From Octopus sinensis (Eukaryota), in contig NC_043020.1 in assembly GCF_006345805.1 (NCBI RefSeq), positions 24,118,001 to 24,182,000 of the forward strand: a stretch of DNA of 64,000 bases, written 5' to 3'. A model generated the notes under the pieces. That model saw only the letters and a program-made list of their open reading frames with translations. It did not search any database and was not told the origin of the DNA. Position numbers and translations under genes: made by a program. Below, piece after piece: positions 41,610-55,048 of the stretch. Each line of letters begins with the position of its first letter. Position 1 is the stretch's first letter.

Positions 41610-41698
41610 TTATTGACAGTGAATTTGAAGTTTCGGCCAGTTAAACCATAATCTGGTGATGGCTTAACTGGTCGAAACTTTGAAGTCACTATCAATAA
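41610..41698. repeat. 40-bp-arm palindrome containing a decayed hammerhead motif
   Basis: Arms 41610-41649 and 41659-41698 match at 34/40 positions. The right half reads CTGGTGA-T-GGC..GTC-GAAA-CTTTGAAG-TC. Confidence 0.7.
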
Positions 41699-41795
41699 CC
41701 TTCTTTGCTAAAGAATAATAGGTTTGTACTCTACAAAATATAGACTAACCTAGATTAATTCTAAATTGTTTTTATTATTACTGAACATAAACACG

Positions 41796-41909
<114 letters not shown>

Positions 41910-42029
41910 GAGGAATAAGGATACACGCAAGTTTATATTAAAGTCCCTACATACATTATGGTTGTTTGAAGCCCTGCTATTAGTGTTCCAAGTGCATAAA
42001 AATGCTAAACCGCGACGGTTAATCAAGGA

Positions 42030-42420
42030 CTTTATTGTATCAACTTACATAAAAGATCTCATCGATAAACGATAGGCACCTCCGATGAAAGAGGCTTTTT
42101 GGGATGCCACGCAGTCAAATCTGAACTGAGAAATACCAGCATCGTTGAAACTTGACATATATAAGAAAAGAGGGTCCGAGTAAATCTGAAATATTCTAGG
42201 AAGGCAAAAGTGATTTAAGAAAATCCGCATATGAAACCATATTCCGCGAAGAGAAAACAATACTGACATTTAATGATTATAACTCTATCGCCAAGAAATT
42301 ATTTTATCAGTGACACGAGCTTTTAATATCTGATGAAGAGTTTTCATCAAAACGTCATTATTCTTAATAATCCATGGTGTATGAAGTGAAAATTTACTAA
42401 ATTTATTGTCTTCTATGTAT
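42030..42420 (+). mobile_element. Degenerate Penelope-like element 3' end (GIY-YIG C-terminal remnant plus decayed hammerhead at 42330-42356)
   Basis: Broken peptides resembling the W.IL.K / EEK.IL / CRH tail of Penelope GIY-YIG endonucleases, followed by CTGATGA-A-GAG..ATC-AAAA-CGTC. Confidence 0.4.
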
Positions 42421-43060
42421 ATAAGCACCATTGACTGATAACCCCCAGGTAAAGGAAATGGTGCGCTACTGAAATCAATCTAGCGGTAACGCGAATCTCA
42501 TCATCATTAAACATATTTTTATTGGCTGTCAGACAACGTAATAAATGAGGAAAATATTTGCATTGCGGAACTCCACGTTACGGTAAGAAATTCCGCGAAT
42601 CAACGTTTTCATATTGCGGGAAATGCCCCCATGCATATATATATATATATTATATTATATTTCTTTTTATTCCGTGCTTTTACTGTCATCGCTACAGGCA
42701 GTATCATCTTAAAGCTTATCTTCAACACCATCATTATTATTATTGTCAGAATTATGATTATTACTATTCGCATCATTGTTCGTTTTGTTAATATTACTCT
42801 TAAGAAATAATAGGAAATTTAACGTCAGAAGAATGTGAATTTTGGTAGCAACATTTACTGTTTCTCGAATAGTTAAAGTGTGTGTATGTGTGTGTAAGCG
42901 TATGAATATATGCGCCTGTTTATATATTTGTATATATATATATATACATTTGTGTGTATATATATATATATGTATATTTATATTTGTATATATATTTATG
43001 TATATATTTGTATATATATGTGTATACATTTCTATATATATATGTATATGTATATATATT

Positions 43061-43109
<49 letters not shown>

Positions 43110-44449
43110 ACGTATGTACATTTGTATATATATGTATACGTATGTATATTTGTATATAAATAGATGTATATGTATGTATATATTCATATATGTATATATA
43201 TTGTATATATATATTTAAAAGTATATATATATATGTGTGCATATATATATATTATATGTATATTTGTATATATATATATACACATAAATCAATTAATATC
43301 TATATATGTACATATATATATACATTATAAATATATATTTGTGTATATATTCTATATAAATGTATATATATTATATGTATATATATAAATATATTTACAT
43401 ATATATATATGTATTATATATATATATATTATATATATATATATATATACACATTATAAATATGCATTTTTGTATATATTTTATATAAATGTATATATAT
43501 ATTATATGTATATATATATATCTGCATATATATATATATATATCTGTATATATATATATATATATTATATTATATATATATATATTATATATATATATAT
43601 ATATTTGTGCATATATATACTTACATGTATTTGCATATATATATACACACACAGACACAGACACACACACACGCACACACACACACAACACACACATATA
43701 TATACATACATATTTGCATATATATACATATGTATATGTTTCCTTCGAAGCATCTTTAAACTGCAATAATGTCCAATCACTTTTTTTTGTTATTCGAATT
43801 TTTGGTATTATATTTTGGTATTATATTTTGGTATTATATTTTGGTATTATGTTTTTGATAACCAACAGAGAGGGATGAGTAGAGGCGGGGGAAGACAGGA
43901 TAGCTTTGTATTCTAAAATATGTAAAGAACAATAATAATAACCAGAGTGTAAAACAACAGTTGAGTTTTCTTGCTGGTGTGGGGGGAAAGAAACGACAGG
44001 AAGTAGTAATATAAACTTCCGGGAAGGGTAGGAAACTTTTTTTTTTGTAATTTTTTCATTTTTTTCTTTTTGTGTGTGTACAGAATTAAAATGTTTACAT
44101 TATAATGTTTGGCAATCTTTGTTATAACATTGTCAGTTTTAATAATAATAGTAATAATATTAACAATAATAATAATGATAATTATATTCATTATCATCTT
44201 AACTGTACTAATTACCTAATATTGGCACGTGACTATAAAGTTGTATGTTTGGACTAAAATCGATTAAATCGACTCTTAGTTGATTACCATTGCGTATTCT
44301 ATCGACGCTGGAACGAGGAAAATTAAATCTAACTCCATCTTGTTTTTCATTTCGATTGTTAAAGGGCAGTAACTCAGTTGTATAAAACATTTTTCATTCT
44401 CCACCGTGTTTTGAACGCCGTAGCCAGCAATAATAATAACAATGATAAT

Positions 44450-47090
44450 AAGTTTCAAATTTTGGCACACAACCAGCAACTTTAGGGGAAATGGTATAGT
44501 CGAGTACATCGATCCAATTGGTACTTATTTTATGGACCCCGAAAGGATAGAAGGTATAAACAACCCCGGCGGAATTTGAACTCAGAATGTAATCACGGAT
44601 GCAATGTCGCTAAGCATTTTGTCGAGCATCCAAACGATTCTACCAGATTACCACCGTTTAAACAATTTTGCCAGTGCGTTGCCTTTCACAATAATAATAA
44701 TAATAATAATAATAATAGTAATAATAATAATAATAATAATCTTTCTCAGATTTTGGTGAGGGGGGGGAGGGGGGGGTAGTCGATCTCATCGACCCCAGTG
44801 CTCTTTTATAAGTATATGATACTCACATTGAACGCTTGTAGAATATAATGTTCCCTCGATTCATCGAAGTCCTCGATTTCTCGAATACGCACCATGCCCT
44901 ATATTTTTCATGCAGGGACGAAGTCTACTTGTTAACAAGACTTTATCACCCTTCAGATAAGTGACCTTGTCGAGCACAGCAGAAAACTTTGGTAACACAA
45001 AGTGATGGAGCAATCGAGTATATCGCCTCCACTATTTAAATGGAACCTGGAATAAAGAGTTGACTTCAATAGGATTTGAATACCCTAACGATTCTGCCAA
45101 CCTGTCATCTGATAATCATTATTTCAGTCATAGATATTTGGTCACTAACTCAGGAGAGATGAGACAATAAAATTGAACAAGTGGTTGACTGTTGCAATGT
45201 TCTATCGAGTTACATTTGATGGAAGGCAAAGTTTACTTTGAGTGGATTTGATTTCAGAACACATACCAACCCACTCTCTCGATTCTAAGTTTCAGGTTTG
45301 TTTAATTAAATCAATCTTAGCAATTAACTGCTGATTTATTTTATCAATTCCCCTAAAGAAAAGTCGACTACGGTGAAATTTGAACTCAGGACGTAATGAT
45401 CCGGAATAATCCAACTACTCTACTAAACCACCGAATAAGAGTTGCTTCCGATATAGATAAGGCTTGCCATTTCGAATGATGCATGAATCAGATTAGCTCC
45501 CGAATGCATAACTGGTACTTTGACTAATCAAACGACTTTATCTCGTCTCGTAACTGTTTCTAAATAATTTCTAAATAATCGAACTCTCCACCGGTCAAGA
45601 CGTATTGATGAATCATTATTATTATTATTATTGATATTAAGTAAAAAAAAAAAAAGAGGAAATAGATAACATTGGCTAAGGCAGGCGGACACGGTAGGAA
45701 TGTCTATGAGAAATAATCTGTGATATTTAATGACAGCAATTTATATAGTTCAGAGGAGGAGTTAAATTTGTTTCTTTGTTCTTTGCCAGATCTGATGGCG
45801 AGTCAAGAATAAATACAAAGAGTATTCGTTTAGTTACAGATCTCAGCTAATACTGTTGTGACGTTGGCTTAAAATGTGTGCCAAATCGGACAAAACCCTT
45901 TGCTTTCAGTGTGACGAGATCTTGAGCTCAAAGTAAGGGCCGTATCATTATCATTTTTTATTCTCTTCAAAATAGAATTCGTGGCGGTCGAGAAGGCAAC
46001 ATCAAATATATTCTAATAGATATATTTCAACGACACCGGAGTGAATTTTGCAAAATATCAGCCAACGTCGGCAGAATTTGAACTTTAAGAAGGTAAAAAA
46101 TAACAAGACTAATAACAGTAAATAATTTAGTCCGGCGCTCCACAAAGTTTGCGAGTTCACATTCTTTAATGCGCATGCGTGCGCACTTCATATATATATA
46201 TATCAAACATTGGCACAAAACGTTCATAAATATTTGGAGAAAGAGTTTATAATTCTATTTTTAAATGATATTGTCCCGCCCCATTGTCGTTCTTTTCCTC
46301 CTCTTCATCTGTCAGTATATAACTGGTACTCATTAATATCGAGCCTTGGAAGATGGGAGGCAACTGCTATGGTTTCCGTACTGTCAGCACTCGGAAACTT
46401 TAAACACTGAATAACACTTTAAGGAACCTAAAATCAGTCAGGAAAGACACTCAGTCAGCTTGCTGTATCCTATCTGCCACTTCAGCACCCTCTAATAATT
46501 AGGATAATATAGGTTTATATAAATCTAATGGTCGAAAGCCATGAATTTCAACATGTAGATGTGTATGTGTGTGTGTGTGGGTGTTGTTGGTTAAATCGCC
46601 GAGTAGGTTATAGGTACTTGCTTTTATAACTTTTTCAATGTTCTACAGACCCCCGGCGGCCGGAGGCTTGAAAGGCAAAAAGGTAGACCTCGTTAGGATT
46701 TGATCTCAGAACGTTAACGAACACAACTAAATAGACGCAGGGCATTTTGTCCGGCGCTCTACCAGTTCTGCTCATCCACCGCCGTTACTACCATGGACAC
46801 AACAACAACAACAACACACGTAAAGGGATACAGGGATACAATGGGCGACGGTGTTGGATATGAAGTCGTCACTAACGTACTTTGCTGGTACTTTATTTGA
46901 TCGATCCCCAGGAGGGCGAAAGGCAAAGTTGACCACGGCAGGGTTCGAACTTATAAGTCAGATTAAAAAAAAAAGAAATGAAAAAGATAGCTTAATGCCG
47001 CAGGGTTTTCTTTTTTATCCGATGCTCTACCGATTCTGCCAGTACATTATAAATTGTATTAAAAAACATTAGTAATAGTTATACTAGTAA

Positions 47091-47129
<39 letters not shown>

Positions 47130-47412
47130 AAACAGTAGTAATAATAGTAATAGTATTTTTCAGTAGTAATTAACATAGTAACAGTTAATAATAATAATAA
47201 TAATGATAATAATAATAATAATAATCAATAATAATAATTAATAATCATGGTTTCTGGTTTAGGCACAAGGCCAGGATTTTGAGGGAACGGGTGGGCAAGT
47301 CGGTGCTGTCCACCCCCCAGTGCATGACTGGTACTTTATTTTCTCTACCACGGAGGAATGAAAGGCAAAGTAGACCTCAGCGGGATTTAAACACAGAACG
47401 AAGGTAGCCGAA

Positions 47413-47472
<60 letters not shown>

Positions 47473-47515
47473 CGTGAGGTATTTTTCCGACGCTTTAAAT
47501 TATTCTGTCAATCGA
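44450..47515 (-). mobile_element. Several diverged SINE family A copies and (TAA)/(TAG) tracts downstream of the FAS1 exon
   Basis: Core matches at about 44450-44615, 45340-45400, 46620-46790, 46860-47045 and 47245-47510. Confidence 0.65.
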
Positions 47516-47519
47516 TCAC

Positions 47520-47569
<50 letters not shown>

Positions 47570-47750
47570 GTAATAGTAGTAGTAGTAGTAAAACCATTTA
47601 CAAAATTTGAAGATAACACTGTTTTTGTTATATTTGTTGTTGTTGCTTTCTTTTAGTTTTTCTGTTCTTTATTATTACGGGAGGAGGGGGGATATTACTG
47701 GGTAGAGGTGGTGGGTATTGTAGGGGGGGAGCGAGGATATAATAGTATGG

Positions 47751-48175
47751 CTACGTTTGCTGCCATCTATTGGTGAATACTAGCAACAACAACAACATTA
47801 CAGTTAATACTAAACGTCCGTTCATCGATCTGGCGGCGTGAGGTCTGTGCGCCGATGATGTGATTGCGTATTCTGAATGTCCGCCGGCCAGTCTGGGCGT
47901 GGTGATCCGGGGTGTGGCGAATACCGGCCTGGAGTGTGACTCTGGCAGTCCCTTGTGATGCCGTGGTATGACGAACTCCACCGGCGTCGTGTGCAGGCGG
48001 GGTGGGATCGTGTGTAGAGTCCGTGCTCGGGCAGCATTCGTCGAGGAATGCGATGCGGATCGCTCTTTGTCATTCATTAGCAAAAAGCGCTCCACAACGT
48101 GAATGATGCCGTTCGAGGCCAGGATATTCGCTTTGATAATTCGGGCTTGGATTCCTTTCCAAACAAGGTAGGTGC
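47751..48175 (-). CDS. Terminal coding exon of a fasciclin (FAS1)-domain protein with probable GPI-anchor signal
   Basis: Minus strand: polypyrimidine acceptor ccattttctcttccag|GC, then an open frame (G)TYLVWKGIQARIIKANILASNGIIHVVERFLLMNDKERSASH...RSMNGRLVLTVMLLLLLVFTNRWQQT*. ARIIKANILASNGIIHVVERFL matches the FAS1 H2 motif (A.V...DI.A.NGVIHVID.VL). GC-rich island in an AT-rich background. Phase-1 start; in frame with the listed ORF 47751-48095. Confidence 0.85.
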
Positions 48176-48226
48176 CTGGAAGAGAAAATGGAAAAAAGAG
48201 TAAGTGACCAGTATAAACGATAACTC

Positions 48227-48278
<52 letters not shown>

Positions 48279-51247
48279 GATGCTGAAAAGTTCTTGGCTT
48301 TAAGAGTATCGCGAAAGGCCTGGTCAGAGGTCCAACTTTCCGAGTTCATTTATAGGGCTTAGAAAAATTGAAGGACCGTTGCAGTAAGTGAGTGAATCTG
48401 AGAGGGGAATATGGTGAATAAAATCATAATTAACTGATCCTCTTGTATTTTTTGTTACCCAAAGCCAGGAACTTTTCAGCACCTCCCTCCTCATGTCTGT
48501 GTATGCATGTATATATATATATATATTGTGTGTGAGTGTGTATATATCAGTTTGTGTGTGTGTGTGTGCGTGTGTGTGTATGTGTAACGAAATGGATACA
48601 AATATTGCAGTCTTGGAAAAGAAGGAACGAAAAGTTTACTGGAAGCCAAACCACCAAAACTCTGAGTTTTACATGCCCAGATTTCAAAGATAACTTGAAT
48701 ATTTAAAATAATTAATGGAAATTAACTGACATTGAGAGAAATCCAAAAACTGTTATAGAATGGTTAAGAGTCGAATAATTCGAGTGATTTTTCGTTACTC
48801 TATGGCTGCCTAAAACCATCAGCTATATCATGGTATATGCTGGAACTAAAGCGGCCTTGATTACAACTGACGACCGTAGACTTGCCATATGCAACATAGC
48901 GAGTAAATGTTGAATAATGAGAATGAGTGATTAATACGGCATTGGTGGATAAAATATCTTTACTTGTGTATTATGGCTACCATTGGTTTCATGTTAAAAT
49001 ATATTAGTGTAAACATGGAGGAATGCTGTTCGTCTCTAGTTTTCAGTAAATTAACAAAGAAAGTGTTCCCCTGACAATGCATAGCAGTTGAGCATGTAAA
49101 TGCACTTCGAACAATAATTGCAGGGCTTCGAACAACCGTAATGGTGAAATGAGCGTAAGAACTATAATATAAGCTTGTGTTTATCATTATTTGTCACATG
49201 TATGTATGCATGTATGTCATCATTCAGTTTTATTTCAAGGTTTCTTGCCAATAGCAAAAGAGCCTGTTTCTAACCTACATCCAAGGCTCCTTTATTGGAA
49301 TTTCAACAACAGGGTATGTATGTACCTATGTATGTATGTGCGCAGATTTGTATGTTTTATTTTATGTACGTATTCTCATGCATATAATTGTATATCTAGA
49401 CATGTATGTAAGTGTGTATGTATGTATGTATAACCTGTTTTACTTTGACAAGTCTAAGTCATTATAATGAAGCGCCAACTTGATCAATATAGCTAATTTC
49501 TTCATCGATGTATTTAATTACAGCAATTCCAATACCGGACAGATGTCTTGCGTTGTAAACCTTGAAATAGAGGGAGACAGTTTCCACTTGCGAAGGATTC
49601 GCTCTCGGGCCACATAGACATATAATTAAACGCCGAAATCTAATTCGATCACTGCTCTGGTTGTAAGTCATTCCTAGCGAGCAATAGACCTACTGGCCAG
49701 ATTTGAACCCTATACCACCGCTTACTGCGTGTCCACTTAGCAAATTACACAGGATTGTTTATACTTAGTTTGTCATTTACAGTGAAAATATAAGTTAATT
49801 TGATAATTATACGCACACACACACACACACACCACACACACACACACACACACACTCACACACACACATAGAATAATATACACACACAGTTAAATTTGGA
49901 AGAAAGGGAATAAATACAATCAACATAAAAGTACATCAAGTGATTTTTATAATTCTTAAAGAACGGAAAGTTGGAAATGTAAACAGGTGACGACACGGTT
50001 GCGTGCATGGCACTAATAAAAGAGGGTAAGTGCTGTGGACGAAACTCTGGGCCGTTGAGAGTCATTTTGTTTCTTTTCTGACTTTCTCTCAGTTAAAAAC
50101 AATAATATATAAACAGCATAAGGACACCCAGGAGTCACTATCTGGGCGGGCCCGGATGCTTTAGAGGGTCAGGAACTATCGGGCCGGAAGATATCTTCTG
50201 CCCACTCGCCCAGTAGCGAGATTCGTTTACTATATATGGATTTATGCATGCATGTATATATGTATCCACGTACGTACGTATATGATATATAAAATTAATA
50301 TAGTCAGCCATGTGCAATATCTTACCAACCTAGTCATATTCAGTGACATATATATAACATGCGTGTGTGTATTGTTCACATCATCCCTTATAATCACACA
50401 CACACAACCTACATATTTCATTTGAAATTTATTCTAAACTCGTTCGAGATATTCATTTATTCTCGCATTCCTTCATTCTTTCATTTACCATATGACATCC
50501 ATTTTTTACACAATTTTTATTATTATTGCATCTCCAGCATCATAAACCTTCGAACACGTTACACGATATATATTTTTTGATTCTTCTCAATCGGCTTCTT
50601 TATTCCCACCCCTCAATCTATTGCTGCTATGTAAATAACCACCATCTAAATTGTTGTGGTTGTGATAGAATTAATAAGATGCCAGTTTTATTAACGCTTC
50701 TTTTCATCGAGAAAAATTCGCAAGCAAGCGGAAGCACCCTGTCTATTTGATATCACTTCCGCTGCTGTGCTACAGCAGTGAGTAGTTCCACATTGTGGAC
50801 ACGCTATACACAAGCGCTGTGCTTTATACAAACTATTGAGAGCTAAGCGCGTTTTGCCATTGGACGCATCGCTGATCTGCTGCAACAGGAAACAAACTGG
50901 ACAAAATGTCTGCTCATTGCTGTATGTGCAATATTCGACTAAATCGATGTTCAGCTTTTGTTGTTGTTTTATTTTAACACCAGGTCAAATAAGATTCACC
51001 AGGATTTTTATAAAATATACTGCAGCTGTTACTGACCAAAATATCATTTTAGGAGTGTTAAGTAGTGTATTATCAAGTGTCCCTTTTTATTAAAACTCTA
51101 AAGTAATTAGTGGAAGACTAAGTTGCTATTTCTAGCAGATATCGGTTGTTGAAATAACAACAAATAACAGAGAATGAATAGGATACACTGAGAGAGAATT
51201 ACTGTGAGAGCCTGTATCTCCCCAAAATACCTGTGAGAGAAGCAGGT

Positions 51248-51281
<34 letters not shown>

Positions 51282-51734
51282 TTGGAAGAACGGTATAAAC
51301 CAAATCGTGTTTATCATATTTGCTACCTTCGTACGTTTCACCGTTGTGGCTATTTCCACCTTATGCCCAGCAGTGTATGTTCGTAATACATTTGATGCAG
51401 ATTCACATCAGTTCTTCAGAGTAATACTTTATACTTCATGATGTTAGCAAACAGCACATGCGTGTGTTTAAATACATTTCTATGTATTAGCGTAATCTAT
51501 ATGATATGACGGGGTTAATTTCTGCCCCCTTTCGGAACATTTTAACGAAATCATACAAACGTTTTCTTCGTTCTTCAATTCCTATTCAGTTATTCTTGCC
51601 ACTTTTAATCTCCACTCATTCTTCTTCAGTTTTCTCTCTGACTCTCTCACATTGTTTGAAGCACAACTTTAGACATTACTGAAAAGTGGCTGAAACAAAC
51701 CCTTTTACTTTTGACAGACGGATGCTACGCCAAT

Positions 51735-51770
<36 letters not shown>

Positions 51771-52995
51771 TATAGAGAGGCAAGAGTGGTTGTGTGGTAA
51801 GAAGCTTGCTTCCTAACGACATGATATGGGTTTCAATATCACTGCATGGAATCTTGGACAAGTGCCTTTCCGTATAGCCTCTGACCAACCAAAGCTTTGT
51901 GAGTGGATTTGATAGGTGGAAACTGAAAGAAGCTTGTTGAATATATATATATATATATATATAATAGAGCGAGAGCGAGAGAGAGCGGGGTTCGGTAAAA
52001 GAGACAATGGGTAAAGTATCAAGCTTTAAAAACGTAGTGGGGTCGAGTCATTCAACTGAAAATTATTCAAGGTAGTGTTCTAGCATGGGCGCAGTCTATT
52101 GACTGAAACTGGTTAAAGATTAATATGTATTTTACGACTCTCCCGGTGATTTTGCTCACACTTTCCTAGCCATCAGCGAAATTCTCTTCAGCATCTCTCC
52201 TCAATGTCTTCCAAACATCTCTCTTTCCGATATTCTTTGATGCAGTTGTCTCTGATGCAGTTTCTCTACTCTCATTTCATCACATCCGCTCAGTTATCTT
52301 TCATCATAACTGCTATGCTATGGTAAGATGCACCAATCTACCACCTCTCTATTAAACATATATACTCGAATACACGATGCTAAAGCCCAAGGAATGCGGT
52401 TAGGCACACTCGTTGCAACAAATCTACCCGATGCACTTAAGCGCTCTTGGTGCTGTTAAGCCCTCAAAATCACATAAACTGCTTTACTGCACTCAGTCCA
52501 CCAGAAACACCCAACTGCACCCGGCGCATTAATTCTACGAGACGCCCATTTTGCTCGCCCTCTGTCCCACCCTCTGTGTATGAAAGAATGTATTTGTGTG
52601 TGTGTGTACAGGCACTCACACACATGTAACGAATAAAAGAGGAAATGAGATTACCCAATTCTTAATGCAATGTACTATTTACCATTTGCTGAAAGCTAAA
52701 ATGGTTCAATTTCCCTGCTTACATTTTTCTCTTCTTACTATACGGACCTTGGTTGAGAATCAACACAGAGATTTCTGACGAACACACACACACACACACA
52801 CACAGAAGAAATTAAAATGACTAAGGAATAAAAAAATTGTTATGAACTTCATAAGGTCACAGTTGTTTCTGCTACAAGAGTCATTGCAATCATAACATTT
52901 AGTTCTGCTAAATACTGCTAGGGCCTAACGTTTGCTTTCGGATGAATAGATTTTAGCTTGTGCGTTTGTGTGTAATGTATATATATATATATGTA

Positions 52996-53028
<33 letters not shown>

Positions 53029-53042
53029 CTCTCTCTCTATAT

Positions 53043-53098
<56 letters not shown>

Positions 53099-53226
53099 TG
53101 ATTTGTAGGTGTGTGGTATTTCGTTATGCAAATAGAATATACAATAAAGCATATTATTTTTATAAGTCAATAATTCTACTGTGTTAGCAGTGCTAGGTTT
53201 TTCTACGTGTATGCACGTATCAGCCA

Positions 53227-53289
<63 letters not shown>

Positions 53290-54658
53290 ACACACACACT
53301 TAATGTAACTGTTTCGTGAGTTTTAATCATGCTTGTGCGCCACGGTAATGGTTCTAGTTATTTTGGGAAAGTATTGGAGTAACGGCTAACCAAACAATAG
53401 TAAACATCTGTTCATCAATGTCTTATTCTGTGCTGTGATAATGGATCAATTAACTGTCTAGCCAATTCGTGAATTGCTTAAGTTTGATAAACCTCGATTC
53501 TGATGGATCCCCTGTAATCAAAACTATATATACTTTTCTATAACCTTACATAGAAATTAGATACTTCGGTTCCTATTATTCTGTGTTGACGAAAACTGAG
53601 TTTAGCATATAACTTGATAAAGGCATATACAACAGACAATTTTCCAAACCAATATACGAATCCACCAATTTGTTTCTAGTTCCATTATAGCTAAATGTAT
53701 CCTGAAGCATTTAGTAGTACTTCTAAGACCATTCTTTCATTTCTAAACTAAGTATAACCATTCTCTCTATAAATGAAAAACAAAAAAGACAATTTAGCAC
53801 TGTTGCTTTCGTTTTATTGTCACTAATTAGTATGATTTCATCCTGTTGCTCTAACTCCAAGTTGACTAAACTACGTGCCGAAATAATCTCTACCTGTCGA
53901 CAGATATATTTAGTACCCCTTGTCTTCTCTCCTTTTTAAAATTGCTATTCGCTCAACAGTTAATTACAATATAACAGGCATAATATTCCATCATTTAGCA
54001 CCGTCTGCGATTGGTCTAAGCTATATTATTAAATTATACACTAGCTACATCCTGAAAAGAGTAAAAATTGCTCTTATCTAATTGCTCACTCTCTTACACT
54101 CCACCCAATTGTCAATCCTTTACTTGTAATAACTAAATGCTTTAACCACGCGCAGCATACATTCCTCTGCCAAGTTTAGCTTGTTTTAAGACATTACCGC
54201 TGTTTCCCATTCCTCCATCGATGCCGACATACCAAGTCTTTTTATATCACGTAATGGCATTTCTGTTCCGAAAAATGATAAACTGTTTATATCCTGTTTA
54301 ATAATTTGCTAACACTCCCGATCTGTCACTTTATATTCATCGTGAAAACGCTCCTGACTTTCGAAAAACTGTACAATTTTATTTTGTTATTCTTTGGGTA
54401 ATGTACTAAAAGTCAGGTGGGCGTGTGCACGCGCGTATGTGTGCATATACATATGTATATTTGCATGTATGTATTTTTTTCCTTGCTTCAATCATTGGAC
54501 TGCAGCCATGATGGGGCGATGTCTTCAAGGGCTTCGTCGCAGAAATTGTCACTATTACTTATTTTTGAGTTTGGTATATATCGATGACATTTGCCAAGCC
54601 ATGAAGTTACGAGGACAAATACGAACACACACACAGAAACGGTTAAGTATATAATATA

Positions 54659-54732
<74 letters not shown>

Positions 54733-54777
54733 TATAATATATATATATATATTATATATATATATATAATATATATA

Positions 54778-54810
<33 letters not shown>

Positions 54811-54811
<1 letters not shown>

Positions 54812-54997
54812 TGATAAAACGGTAAGATAACAAAAGAAAGAAAGAGACCTCAATATTATGTAAATAGAGGAAATTTATCTATACAATATGTTACATTACT
54901 CGGTAGTCAAGATAAAACTCTGAGTTTCAGATGCCGAAGTGGAAATCCACAACACCATCTCTTCGGTTATCTGGCTACCGAGTAATGTAACATATTG
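54811..54997 (-). mobile_element. Copy of the 16067 repeat with a more complete hammerhead-like motif and a 23-bp inverted duplication
   Basis: Minus: AGATAA-CCGAAGA-GATG..CATC-T-GAAA-CTCAGAG-TT-TTATCT (54972 to 54910). IR caatatgttacattactcggtag at 54884-54906 / 54975-54997. Confidence 0.65.
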
Positions 54998-55017
54998 CAT
55001 ATATATATATAATATAT

Positions 55018-55048
<31 letters not shown>

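Noticed and set aside
53330-54350. Possible degraded LINE ORF2 on the minus strand
   Set aside because: No reverse-transcriptase motif could be read with confidence.
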